Positions 37,921 through 50,020 of a DNA stretch of 64,000 bases are shown here, piece by piece. The stretch spans positions 44,826,001 to 44,890,000 of the forward strand of contig CM068742.1 of the NCBI GenBank assembly GCA_035084275.1, written 5' to 3'. The notes beneath the pieces were generated by a model that saw only the letters and a program-made list of their open reading frames with translations, searched no databases and was not told the DNA's origin. A program made the position numbers and the translations under genes. The stretch comes from Hydrolagus colliei. Lineage: Eukaryota. Within the stretch, counting starts at the first letter, position 1, and every line of letters begins with the position of its first letter.

Positions 37921-39500
37921 GCCGCATGGAGCTATCGCTTGGATAGGCTGTCATCTCCTGAGATCAGCCACCATATGCTCATCTCAAGTACAAACTCCAA
38001 AGAAGTTAATTTTCTGACAAAGTACAGGGATAAATATGACATTCAAACAAGTGTGCTCACTCATCCTGAACAGGCATTGCAGCTTATTCATCTGCATGTG
38101 TCAGATTTATGCACTGTTTAAATACAAGCAAATATAATTTGTTTGTAACACAAACATTACTGTGTAAGCACAGAGATAATTAATCTTTGTCCGCTCCACA
38201 GTTTTTGGCTTGATTCTCTTTAAGCTATATAATTTTAGTTAAATCTGGACCCACTCCTGCTTGTTAGGGTAAGACACATTGAAACAATGCCAATCCATAT
38301 TTCTCTTTCTCTGTCATAAAAACTTTCTTTTATAGTAGTTTTAATTGTTTATTTTGTCTACCAGTTTTTAAGCTTGATTCTATTCAGTTGATGTCTTTGT
38401 TTTACAATACAAATTTACATTTATATAGTGCCTTTCACATCAGGAGGAAGTCCCAAAGCACCAGGAGTATATCTCAAGGCACTATTACTCTCATTTCTTT
38501 CGTTCATTGTTCTGTTTCTTACTTAACCGCTTTTGAGTTGCTAGTTTCATTTCTCTGAGCTCCTTTGATTTCATAGAATCAAAGAAATTTACAGCGCATA
38601 AGAAGCTATTCAGCTCATCGAGTCTGCATCAGCTCTCAGAGCAAGATGGTCATTCAAACTTACCGTCCCTTCAAGCATCTATATTGCATGTACCTGTCTA
38701 CTTTCCTCTTGAAATCAACAATGCACTCTGCCTCTACCATGTTCCCTGTTAAGGCATTAAACATCTCAATATGAAAACAATCTCCTAAACCCTTCTTTCA
38801 CTCTTGTGACTATCGTATAACTATCTCCCCTAGACATTCACTCGATTACAAGTGGAAATAGCTTCTTCCTATTTCCCCTATCAAAAAACACTTGTAATTC
38901 TGTATATCTTGTGTAAATTAATACCTGGGATGAACTTCATATTGTTAAAAATTTCATTCAAAGCTACATGGGTTAGCTTTGAGCACCGTTGCAACCGAAT
39001 CATGCCAGGGTGGGGGAGTCACACCTGTACTTTTGATCTGTCAATGTCTTCAGTTAATGACAGAATGTAATTATCAATGATAGGTGAATTAACACATCAC
39101 AGGTCACAATTTTCAACCGATTATATCAGGAGATGATTTGAGGGCAGAGTTGGCTTTGACTGACTGAAATTAAGCCTCAGTGCTGTAAATTAAAGCGTTA
39201 TGATACGCCTCCTCCAGTTTGTTAACTTCAATTTATAATGCATGATTGGAGTGAAAAGGACAATGTCATCGAGGCATTACAGGAATGTAATGTTGCTGTG
39301 GTGATAATAATCCTTGCATTTGATATAATGTCTTTGCACTTGTTTGCAACTCTCAATCACTTTTTTCCCCCATCAACAATTCCGTAGACTTTTCTTTTCA
39401 TTCTATTGTTCCATAATTTCCATCTATGAACTCTAGCCAGTGATTCTATAATTGTCTCCATTTCCTGGTTTTAACCTGGTCAGAACAATAATAATAATAA

Positions 39501-39631
39501 CAGTTCCGACGAAGGGTTGTAGACCCGAAACGTTGACTCTTTTTCCTTTCTCCATGGAAGCTGCCTGACCTGCTGAGTTTCCCCAGCAACTTCTGTTTTT
39601 GTTTCAGATTCCCAGCATCTGTAGTATTTTG
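39501..39631 (+). mobile_element. Penelope-like element terminal fragment with a degenerate minimal hammerhead motif
   Basis: CCGACGAAGGGTTGTAGACCCGAAACGTTGACTCT...GCTGCCTGACCTGCTGAG...CCAGCATCTG; flanked by (AAT)n on both sides. Confidence 0.65.
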
Positions 39632-39875
39632 TAATAATAATAATAATCATTGCATTTGATATACCGCTTTTCACATCTTCTAGACATCTCAAAGCGCTTC
39701 ACAGAATATACTGTACAGTAAATTGACTATATATTTTTGGGCGAAATACAGCAGCCAATTGCACATAACAGTGTCCCACAAATCTCCATGGATTGAGTGA
39801 TCAAATTATTATTGTTTTTTTTGGAGTGATTATTGTTAGGCATGTGGAGTAACAAAACTTGCACAAGATTTGTAC
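39632..39875 (-). mobile_element. SINE lacking its head
   Basis: Body and tail match 16608-16830. Confidence 0.85.
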
Positions 39876-41369
39876 CACAAGACACAGGACAACTGAGACA
39901 GTTTCATAATATAAAGTCTAGGATTAATCCTGGAAGTATTTCTTTACACAGAGAGTAATTAACAACCGCGATAGGTTACCAGGAAGACCAGTTAAGGCCA
40001 CAATGCTGCATTGATTTGAGAAACATTTTGACATTGCTGGGAAGAAAATAGGGCTGGTATTTTGGAAGAAAATAGATCAAAATGGTCAACAACAACAGAA
40101 ACAATTAGAATTTAGCACTCTTCACAAGAATAGCAACTCAGACAGCTTAACACATGTGTGGTTTAATGCGGAGCTGGAAAGAGAGTGACCAAATTGACCA
40201 AAGGCACAGACAATGAGGAAAGTGAAAGAGCCTTCTTCATCCAAAGCTAATTTCTGTGCCACTGTTTAGTAAAGTTATTAATATTGCTACTAAGTAATCA
40301 TAAATTGTAATACACGTTAGAATCCATTCCTGTAGGGTTAGGGTAAGGAGCCTTGAGTGAAGTATATAGATCTGAGACATAATGAACAGATGTTTACAAT
40401 ATCCAAGCTTAGTACTTATAAACACATTTGCTCCAATTTAAGACTCAAGCCCTAGAACCTTAATAAACATGCTTCAAAGGTTAAAAAGCATAAAAAAATT
40501 ATTTGCATTCAGAACAGAATTTATTTCAATCCACAATCTTTTCATAGTACATTTTACAGACAGGAAAAAAAAGCCAATCTTGCTTTCAGTCTTTAAGTGC
40601 AGTGGCAACTTTTCACAAATTAAGCCAGCAGTGGAAATAACTTTTACAAATCTCTCAGTGATGCCTGCCGGGATAGCAGTTTGTGGAGAGTAATAGAGCA
40701 TAATGGAGAATGCTGTCAAAATGTCATAAGAAGGAAAGCCGTGGGACACAAAATTAAAAGATCAGTTTTGAAAATATATAACAGGCTATTTTTGTAACTG
40801 TTACATCATTTGCTTGTGATATTTAATATTCAAGTGCTCTGAGATGCCGCCTGGCATGGAGGACGCTATATAAATGCAAGTTGATGTTGTTTAACAAGAT
40901 CACAAGACCGCAACAAATGAACAAGCTTCATCAATTCATTTGAAGTCAACCTTCCACAACCTTCCCAACAACAACTTGCATTTATCTAGCGCCCTTCATG
41001 CTGGGTGGCGAGCAGGACACATATGCAGTATTTAGTGCATCACATGCCTGACATGAGAATATTTGCCAATGAACAGGGGCAAGGAACAGGAAAGTGTTAC
41101 CTCCTAATGTCACTTGATTTGATGAATATAGAAGTTGTCCCTCATCTTTAATACTTCTACGGATATCTTGTCACTTCCCCTGATCGATTACAAGAGAACA
41201 TAACCTTAAATTAAACTTATATGGGTTGGGCAATCATAAAACTATTAAGAGATATGATGGGAAGGTGGAGAGATGGCATTAGTGAAGTTATAATACATAG
41301 CACATGGAATGTTATTCCTGGAGCAGGCTTGAATGGCTTCTCTGCTTTCCAATTTTGTATGTTCCTTAC

Positions 41370-41940
41370 AACCAAACATTTATGTTATGCCTTTCACGTG
41401 AGGAGGATGTCCCAAGGTCCTGGACATCAGTGTTTTGGGCACGAGCTGGGGCAGGGATTGGAGAAGATGGAGAACAGGGGATGAAGGAAGATGACTGAAG
41501 GCAAGGTCGAGAATCTTGAGATGAATCTTGAAGGATAGGGAGGGGGAAGAGGTGGATGATGGAGTTCCAGAGGGTGGGGGCAGAGTGGCTGAATGCACTC
41601 CGGCCAATGGTGGGGCGGGCAAGGTAGGAGACATGAAGCAGGCCAGAGACGCTGAGCGGAAGGAGCAGGCTTGTTGGTAGAAGGTTATGATGTTGCAGTG
41701 CTAGGGGGAGCAAAACTATGGAGGGCTTTGAAGGTGAGGACCGGGATTTTGAAATGTATATCCTCCATGTGATGGGAAGCTAGTGGAGTTCGGCAAGGAA
41801 GGGAGTGATAGGGTTGCAAAGCCTGGAGAGGAAGAGGACACATGCTGCAGAGTTCTGGATGATTTGCAGCCTAGGAAGGGAGGAGTTGGGGAGGCCGACA
41901 AGCAGGGAGTTTGCGTTGTTGAGTCTGCATGTTATGAATA
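41370..41940 (-). mobile_element. L2 3' fragment
   Basis: RPTIGRSAFSHSAPTLWNSI; GAGGAGGATGTCCCAAGG terminus. Confidence 0.85.
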
Positions 41941-42633
41941 AGCGCTCTGAGACGCTCATATAGCGTAGAGAGCTCTATATAAATCGGAGTTGTTGTTGTT
42001 TTGAATACCATTTAATCTGACTTAATTTAAATTAATTTAATTTAAACTGGTTTAGTGTAATAAATAAATCCAATACTCCAAAGTACCACAACTCTATACG
42101 CAGACAAAGAATGTAACTTAACAACACAATCAAATGCCAAGGTTTGTGATTCTATATATACTCAGGGAAGGCTTCTCTGGACAAAACTTAAAGCTTGAGT
42201 AAAAATCTCCTGCTGAAGTCTGTTTGTATTAATGTATCAAAACATTTATTTTCTGCACATAGCTAAATTTTTCTTGCAGTGGAATGAGGTTAAATAATTA
42301 ATTGTTTTCCCCCCCAAATGTCCCAAAATATTTTTAACATTGAACACATATTGTTTTTTAAACATAAATTTGTGATACAGTATAAGATTATCATGTCACA
42401 TATTGCATTTTCACTCCATTTTATCTGCATCCCAGTGTAACTGATTTTAGCCGATTACAGCATGAGGCACAACCTGTGGTCAAAAACAAAAGGGATGTGG
42501 CATCTTTAAATACATTTGATGTTTAAGCAGATGCAGTGTCATTTCAACAGTAAAATACTGACATAAATGCTAAGAGAGCAGTATAAATTCCAGTCAATTG
42601 TTGGGTAAGAAGTGGTAAGGTATAAACAGCTAC

Positions 42634-42853
42634 CTGATTCCCTTTGTAGGTCTCCTTACGGAAGTCATAGCCTAGCTGAGTGTAGTAGTTGTTCCCAAAA
42701 CTGTAACAATGTCCTGATTTGGTCCAGATGAAGGAGTGACGGCTCCCACAGGCTACACCTGCTATTGGGATGTCATGCAGGTTATCATCAGGATTTGGAG
42801 GCAAAAACACTTCCACAGGGGTTAGCTTCACTATCTTTTCTCCACAGCCGAGC
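42634..42853 (-). CDS. Internal exon of an RCC1/BLIP-II beta-propeller repeat protein (intact frame, phase 2 to phase 0)
   Basis: Acceptor tccctcatgttctcttag|G, donor CAG|gtagct; translation LGCGEKIVKLTPVEVFLPPNPDDNLHDIPIAGVACGSRHSFIWTKSGHCYSFGNNYYTQLGYDFRKETYKGNQ has the RCC1 signature VACG..HS...G.CYSFG.N...QLG. Confidence 0.85.
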
Positions 42854-43457
42854 CTAAGAGAACATGAGGGACAGATACAAGTCACAAGATGTTGATTTTC
42901 TCCAGATGTAATAAATGCTACAACACATTAATTAGGCATAAAATAAATGGATCATTACAAACTGGTTCAAATTAAACATTTTATTTGGTGCATTTGGAAA
43001 GATTATGTAAACATTGGAAACACTCATAGCCCCTAAAGCCGTTCCAAAGTGAATAAAACACTCATCTCAAGCACAAGAGAACTGTGATGTCATATATTGA
43101 TGTCTTAACCTTCACTGTCTATTGGGGATGCCAGGTGGTTAGCAGGTAAATCCCTTCACTTTGTGAAATTGTTCAGGAGAAGGGGATAGATATTAATGTT
43201 TTGTTTTACAGTTACAGTTCTATTACAAAAGCGATTGGATTTAACAAACTGGACTGAATTCTGAATTAATTACAATCAGTTTGCATTGTTTATTTTCTAC
43301 AGTAAGAAAACACCTGAGAACTGTGTTTGTTTGCCACCACAAAAGCTTTCTTAGGCTAATAATGTGCTAAAATGTGACAGCTGAGCTGATATTATATTTG
43401 TTTAGCGCCTTTCGCATAGAGAGGACATCTCAAGGCGCTGGACAGTCAGGGATTTCA

Positions 43458-43645
43458 ATAATAATACTCCTTGCATTTGATATAGCATTTTTCACATCTT
43501 CTAAATAAATCAAAGCACTTCACAGAATCTACTGCAAAGTGAGTTGACTGTATATTTGCTGGTTGAACGTGGCAGCCAATTGTGCACACCAGCACAGCAG
43601 TGTCTCACAAACAGTGGATCGCATGGTATAAATGTGCTCCAGCCC
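43458..43645 (-). mobile_element. SINE 3' half
   Basis: Matches the SINE tail and body consensus. Confidence 0.75.
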
Positions 43646-43647
43646 TT

Positions 43648-43811
43648 CATAGAATCATAGAATTTTACGGCACAAAAGGAGGCCATTCGGCCCATCTAGT
43701 CTGTGCTGGCTCTTTGAAAAGAGCAACTCAATCCCACTGCCCAGCTCTCTCCCCATAACCTAACAGACCCGTTCTCTCTAACTAAAGATCTAATTTTCTT
43801 TTAAAAGCTGT
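43648..43811 (-). mobile_element. CR1 3'-end fragment
   Basis: CATAGAATCATAGAATTTTACGGCACAAAAGGAGGCCATTCGGCCC. Confidence 0.85.
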
Positions 43812-43827
43812 CCTTGTCTGAGACTGA

Positions 43828-44134
43828 TGTGGTGAGAGCACTTGTCTTGCAAGCTGGGGAAACCTGTGTTCGAATCCAGGCAGGTCAGGGCGAAACCTTG
43901 GTCAAGTTTCCTTACTCCACATGCCTAATAATAATCCCTCCAAAAAACCCACAATAAACACAAAAACACATTTAAATCCACGACTGTTTGTAAGATACTG
44001 CTGTGTGCAAATGGCTACCGCGATTCGCCCATAAATATGCAGTCAATTAACTTTACAGAATATTCTGTGAAGCGCTTTGGGACGTCGATAAGATGTGAAA
44101 AGCACTATATCAAATGCAAGGATTATTATTATTA
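43828..44134 (+). mobile_element. tRNA-derived SINE
   Basis: GTGGTGAGAGCACTTG...GTGTTCGAATCC...GCAAGGATTATTATT. Confidence 0.85.
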
Positions 44135-44385
44135 TAACTGAATAATGGTGGAATACAGTGAAATGGACGGATGAGACTTTAAAAAGTTCAGAACTACAGT
44201 AAGGAGCTGGATGCGATTTAATTGTTGTGTGGTGCAATACACATAAGTACTGTGTTTATTAAATAAAGGAATGTCCTTAATACTTTGCCTGCATATATTT
44301 ATTTTTGGTGTGATTGAATGATAAGAATGAGACCTGCTCAGCACTTTCATCAAGCATTTGCTGATATACTTCACTGTTCATTATG

Positions 44386-46479
44386 CAAGGCCGTACGCAG
44401 GGGGGGTGCGACGGGTGCGTACGCACCCCCCCAAATTATAAAAGGTCCACATTTTCCGGGGTAGAGAATTGTATTTTTTATCAAATTTAAATACCAAGTA
44501 AATTTATTGAACATTTGTGTAACAATCAGTTCTTCAAAACTATGTATAAATTATAAATACACATCTTTGAATGATTTAGTATTAATATAAAATTATCGAG
44601 TCGCACACCAGAATCGGCGTCTCCCCCAAAACATACCGCGTCGATAGACCAGTCCATGACGCGGCGAGTCTGTGACTCGTGATTGGATAAACATAGGCGC
44701 CAAGACTCAAATCCTCGTTTGGAAATCATCCCGTAAACAGCCACAAGGGGCAGCACCACTACTGGAGTTAAAATCATCTTTTCATCTGATCACCGTAAGT
44801 AAAAATTACTCAAGTGTTGAGAGGTGTGACTGTAACGCTAGCAAACAATGACAACATATTTACAAGATTCTGAGAACTTAAAGCTTTTGAGAACCCAACA
44901 AAAAAGTTATATGTGTCTGGACGGGAATGCCTGTCTTTAAAAAAAGATACTCATGGACGTAGGCCTAGGCTTTAGCGCCTATTCTACGTGGTGTGTCAAT
45001 TGGAAATCATCCCGTATACAGTCACTACATAAAAAGGTAGCACCACTTTGTGGAAGCTGAAATCGTATTTTAATCTGATAAATGTAAGTAAAAATGACTT
45101 AAGTTTTGATAGGCGTGTTTCTGAAATATCATGTTTCTTGTTTTGTCTTGATTATCACATTTGATTTATATTATTAAAAATGTATTCCGGTAATTAAAAA
45201 TTGCTTTTAGAGACGTCCACTGGCGTGCAAAAAACATATGACCGCAAAGATAAACAGTGCTACTTTATTTCACTTTCAGTTTTGTACCCAGAGTGAAAAA
45301 ACATCAATGTCGCACGAATTTGGCATAAAAAAAGCTGATCGAGCGAACTCTGGCATTGTCCATAGCACTATGGACAGTTTCCTCCCGGCTTCTCCAGCTA
45401 TGTCCGCTAAACCTAAGACGCCTCTGCAGTAATGTCTGTGATACCAGTGTGGTAGTGTACCATATAGCTCACTATTTGTCAGATGCTGTCGCCAGTAAAC
45501 GTTCAGGGCGTCTCTTAGAAGCCTGGTATATACCTCACGAGTCACCTAATCTCCTGGTCGAGGTTTGCCTAACTGTCCAGCATTCTGCTCCGTATAGGAG
45601 CGACTTTCAGCCCTCGCCTTAATGCACATTCATTATAATATGGAAATCGATATTGGTAGAGCGGTTGACGTATTGGCGTCAAAGCGACCGAGGCGTCTCG
45701 AATACGGAACGCTATTAAAGAATTAATTTCCCCTCCCTTATTTTTTCAAGTATTTTTTCGTCAGATCAGTATTGCTTGATGGGTCACTTCCTTTAATTTT
45801 GATTCTAAATAAATAAATAAAAACTAACTACACTATTGCTCACAGTTCAACGATATTTTCAGGATAATGCTGATAACTGGCTTGTAACACGTGTGAATTA
45901 ACTGTTTGACACTGATTTTCAGTTTCTGTATATTTTCTTGTCTTTTATAAAATTTGCTTTGCTGGAATATCTGAGCACATAATTCATACTTTACTCTTAC
46001 ATTATTGTTCATTACAGTCCGAAAGAAATTTAGTCTTAGGATAACAATGCAGAACAACTTATTAATTACCGTCAATCTGTAGTTTATGATCATTTTCTCT
46101 ATACGTATACATTTATCAAGCATTCGTCATTGTACTGTGTTAATTGGATTGTAATTTACTTTATCGTTCGCATTCCTTACATCATCGAGTCAACAGTCGT
46201 GTTGGCTTTTATCGGCGAACACATTCGACCTTCCCAATTAGACACGGACTACCGGGGAAAATATAAACACTGAATAAATAATGATGCTCTTAAACACCAA
46301 GGGCATGAAACATTTACCGTTCATATTGGATCTTCTGAATCGATTAAATAAGACCTCAAACTGTGTAAAACGTCGGAGCCTCGAGGGGGCTTCGGGGGCA
46401 GCCCCCAAGCCGCCGGCCATTGTTGGTCCCATCACTAGCAATTCGCACCCCCCCAAAAAAAATCCTGCGTACGGCCCTG
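44386..46479. mobile_element. 2.1-kb CpG-rich non-autonomous DNA transposon, hAT-like termini, 5-bp TSD
   Basis: TIRs CAAGGCCGTACGCAGG / CCTGCGTACGGCCCTG (15/16 match); TTATG at 44381-44385 and 46480-46484; no transposase ORF seen. Confidence 0.85.
45440..45615 (-). mobile_element. RTE-clade-like RT C-terminal fragment nested in the 2.1-kb element
   Basis: SLLYGAECWTVRQ, frameshift, then VYTRLLRDALNVYWRQHLTNSELYGTLP. Confidence 0.65.
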
Positions 46480-46534
46480 TTATGACAGACTTTTCGTAGA
46501 TAGCATTGCAAATATGTTTAAACAATTGAGGTAA

Positions 46535-46844
46535 AAATAATAATCCTTCCATTTGATATAGTGCTTTTCACAACATCTAGATGTCTCAACAGCTTCACAG
46601 AATATACTGTAAAGTGAATTGACTGTTTATTTGTGCCCAGAACATGGCAGCCAATTGTGCACAGCAGTGTCCCACAAACAGTCATGGTTTAGAAATGACC
46701 AACTTATTATTGTTTGTTTTTCTTGAGGGATCGTTGTCAGGCATGTGGAGTAAGGAAACTTGACCAAGGTTTCACTCAGCCAGGAATCAAATCCAGGGTT
46801 CTTGCTTCTGAGGCGAGTGCTCTAACCACTGAGCTACAGTACTC
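46535..46844 (-). mobile_element. Full-length tRNA-derived SINE
   Basis: Same consensus as 16608-16912. Confidence 0.88.
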
Positions 46845-47029
46845 CACAGGATCTACAGGTAACCTCACAGGATCCTATAGGGTTACGTGTAATTCTAATA
46901 CTCTAATACACAAGAGTTCTTACTGGGAATTTAAACACCAATATTGGGCTAAATATGAGAATTTATAAACATTGATATGACAATTAACTCAATTCAATAA
47001 TGATTGCTAAGTATCACATTATTATGGTT

Positions 47030-47398
47030 GAAAGCCTGGCTCAGTTGCAGGCACACTCATCTATGCATCAGAAGCCACATCAGGACTTTGAATTCACAGT
47101 TCAGGCTGACACTCCAATCCAGCACTGGGCTGTAAGACATTGTCAGAAACGCCGACTTTCAAATTTGCTATGAAATCGAGGTCTCATCTCCTTGTTCAGG
47201 TGGATGTTAAAATTCGATATCTAAAAGAGAAGAGAGTTTTCTCCCAGTGTTCTTGCCTATAATCCCTTAAATAGAATGGGTCACTCATTTCATGGTTGTT
47301 TAGTTGGTATTGTGATGGGCAAATTGACTGCTTTATTTGCCTGTGCAAGTACATACCCAATGCATTTCCCAGTATAATCTTGTGAAGCACTTTGAGAC
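47030..47398 (+). mobile_element. Deu-domain SINE (SacSINE1/AmnSINE1-like)
   Basis: GGCTCAGTTG head; AGGCTGACACTCCA, TGTCAGAAACGCCGACTTTC, TCAGGTGGATGTTAAA. Confidence 0.65.
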
Positions 47399-47862
47399 AA
47401 CAACAACAACAAAATTACATTTCTAGAGCCTTTCACGTCGGGAGGATGTCCCAAGGCGCTGCAACACAGTCACCTCAAAGAATTTTCCCATCAACTTCTG
47501 CCTGAGATTGATTTCTGCCAGCTTTCTTTTAACTGTAAACTGCTGGAGCAATTTTGAATTATTTGTAACCTTTATTTTCTAACTTTGATTCAGTCAAGTG
47601 AATTTTATATTCTTCTAACGTTCAAATGATAGACAGTGTGGCCCAGATCAGTTATTGTAAATATAGTTTATGCAGATATAAAATTTATTTCTAACATTGT
47701 TACAGTATAATATTGCCTGAAGTTAACACAAACTGTGATCCATATCTATACTTGAGAGATCTGTGCCTTCAGATTTTATTTCGGTCAATCATTTCACGGC
47801 TGTTTGTGGGACATTTCTGTGCGCATTTGGTAGCTGTGTTCATCCACAAAAAAATGTACATG

Positions 47863-48003
47863 GTCGTAAAATTCTATGAATCTATGCGGGCAGGGCAGTG
47901 GGATTGAATCGCTCTTTTCAAAGAGCCGGCACAGACTAGATGGGCCGAATGGCCTCCTTTTGTGCCGTAAAATTCTATGAATCTATGAATCTATGAATCT
48001 ATG
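47863..48003 (+). mobile_element. Tandem CR1 3' ends inserted in a SINE
   Basis: CGTAAAATTCTATGAATCTATG occurs twice; SINE body on the left and SINE tail on the right. Confidence 0.75.
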
Positions 48004-49459
48004 AGTCACACCACTTCGCAGAATACACTGCAAAGCACTTTGTGGCGTCCTCTTGATGTAGAAGGCCCTATACCAAATGCAAGGATTATTATCATTATTT
48101 TTAAAGTCTCAGAAATGTTTACGTTTTGGGAATAATATTGAATTTTTGTGAAGATGGGGAAGGAAATTAACAATGCAGTTTCTGACGAAAAGTGGGGAGA
48201 CAATGAATGTTACTTCAGAGTGAAAATCATTTTTTTCAAAAAGGAATCAGTTTAAAATCTGGCAATTTAGAAAAATGTAGGACTTTAACCATGATCCTCA
48301 AATCTGCTAAAGATAGGATTATATGTGACTCAGTAATTTGAAAAAAAAACTAAATTCTAATTAACATTGCTTCTACATATGTATCTAATTAGCCCAATTC
48401 AATAAATGATCTCTAATATCGGAAGTTATACATTTTATATTGTTGAGGATATGACAAGCTCCAGGAAGTGTGCCATGAACAGTACATTCTGTTCAGAAAT
48501 AGAAGCAGGCCAAGTGAAGACAGAATAAAAGATTCTGACACAGCAAAGCAACATTAAAAGCAAGTCCAATTCAGAAATTATATAGTTGGTGTGATACCTA
48601 ACTGGCTCACTGGAGAGATATCCTGGGGATGGAGGTGAGCAAGGGTTGGGTGGTGGGGTGTGTGGGGGGGGGGGGGAGGGGGGGTGCGTGTAGGGAAGCA
48701 GAGGAGAGATTATAGCCAATTGGCAACGTTGCTTGTATCAGTTGTGGTTTTAATCTTTCACAAATCCCATTCCCACAGGATGTAGAAATTCAAGTACAAC
48801 AAGCAGACAGGTGGACAAGGGCACTTGAACTGCAGCAGAAAACCTAGCTATGGCCACATAATCCTCTTGCTCACAGCAGGGATAGCACAGGGGCAGGTCA
48901 GGGAAACAAACCACTGTACTATGCTATACAATGAAAGGTAGCAGCTGGCCCAAGCATAATCAATTGCTAACAGCTTTCATAGGACACCTACAGCTTCTGC
49001 CTCTACTTGTAGTCAGCTTTGGCTATATGTTCACAACTGATGTGGGCCCAGAAAATAATGCACAATTTAGCATTCATGACAAACTTCCAGGACTGCAGCT
49101 GTAAGTTTGACTGTACAGCAGTTCAGTATCTTCCAGGGGTTCAACATTGAGATTCACTGACACATCAGTCTTATTAAATTCAAATGATTTAAACAGTTTG
49201 CCCATTGCACCACTATATAACCACTCCTGTGAGAAAAATATAAAGCTTGAACAACAACTTGTATTGATAAAGTGCTATTCATACATGACAGTGTTTTGGA
49301 GCACTGCACAGTGGATGCCGAACGATGGGGAGGTGGCCATAGGCATGGCCAAAGAGGTGTGGTCTTAAGGTGGGATTTAAAGGTAGATAAGGAGGGGATG
49401 AGGTGGAAGGATTTAGGCAGGAAGTTCCAGCCGTTAGGGGAGTAGTAGCTGAAGGTATG

Positions 49460-50020
49460 CAACAATAACAACAACAACTTGCATTGTTGAAGGTACAGTG
49501 GAAGGGGAGTATCTTGAGATGGGAAACAATGGAGTGGGCGAGCTAGAGGGACTGTGGGATGGAGTTCCAAAGGGTGGGGTACAGTGGATGAAGGCCCACT
49601 CGCCAATGGTGGGGCAGCAAGGTGGGGGGCATGAAGCAGGTTGGAGCCCGCTGTGCAGAGAAAGCCAATGGGTGGTTAGGAAGTTGCTATCACCAGACAT
49701 ATAGACATTGAAGAGGAAGGAACAGAGGACAGAGCCCTGAGGAACTCTGCATAGTGCAGGGGCTAGAGGACAAACCATTTGTGGAGATGAAGTAGAGAGG
49801 GTGTGAGAGGTACGATCTGAACCATTCAAGGATAGAACTATAAAGGTTGAGGTGAGGGGAGAGGCAGTGGAGGAGGACAGAATGGTCAATGGTATCAAAA
49901 GTAACAGACAGGTCAAGGAGAATGAGGAGGCAAAGGGAGCCCTGGTTGCAGATGGACAAAATGTAATTTGTCACTTTGACCAAAGCTGTTTCTGTTCTGT
50001 GAGCGAACATCACCTTCATT
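49460..50020 (-). mobile_element. Degenerate L2 RT and 3' fragment
   Basis: TETALVKVTN, LLILLDLSVTFDTIDH, VPQGSVL. Confidence 0.85.

Noticed and set aside
37663-38121. ORFs spanning the N run
   Set aside because: Artefacts of translating through the assembly gap.
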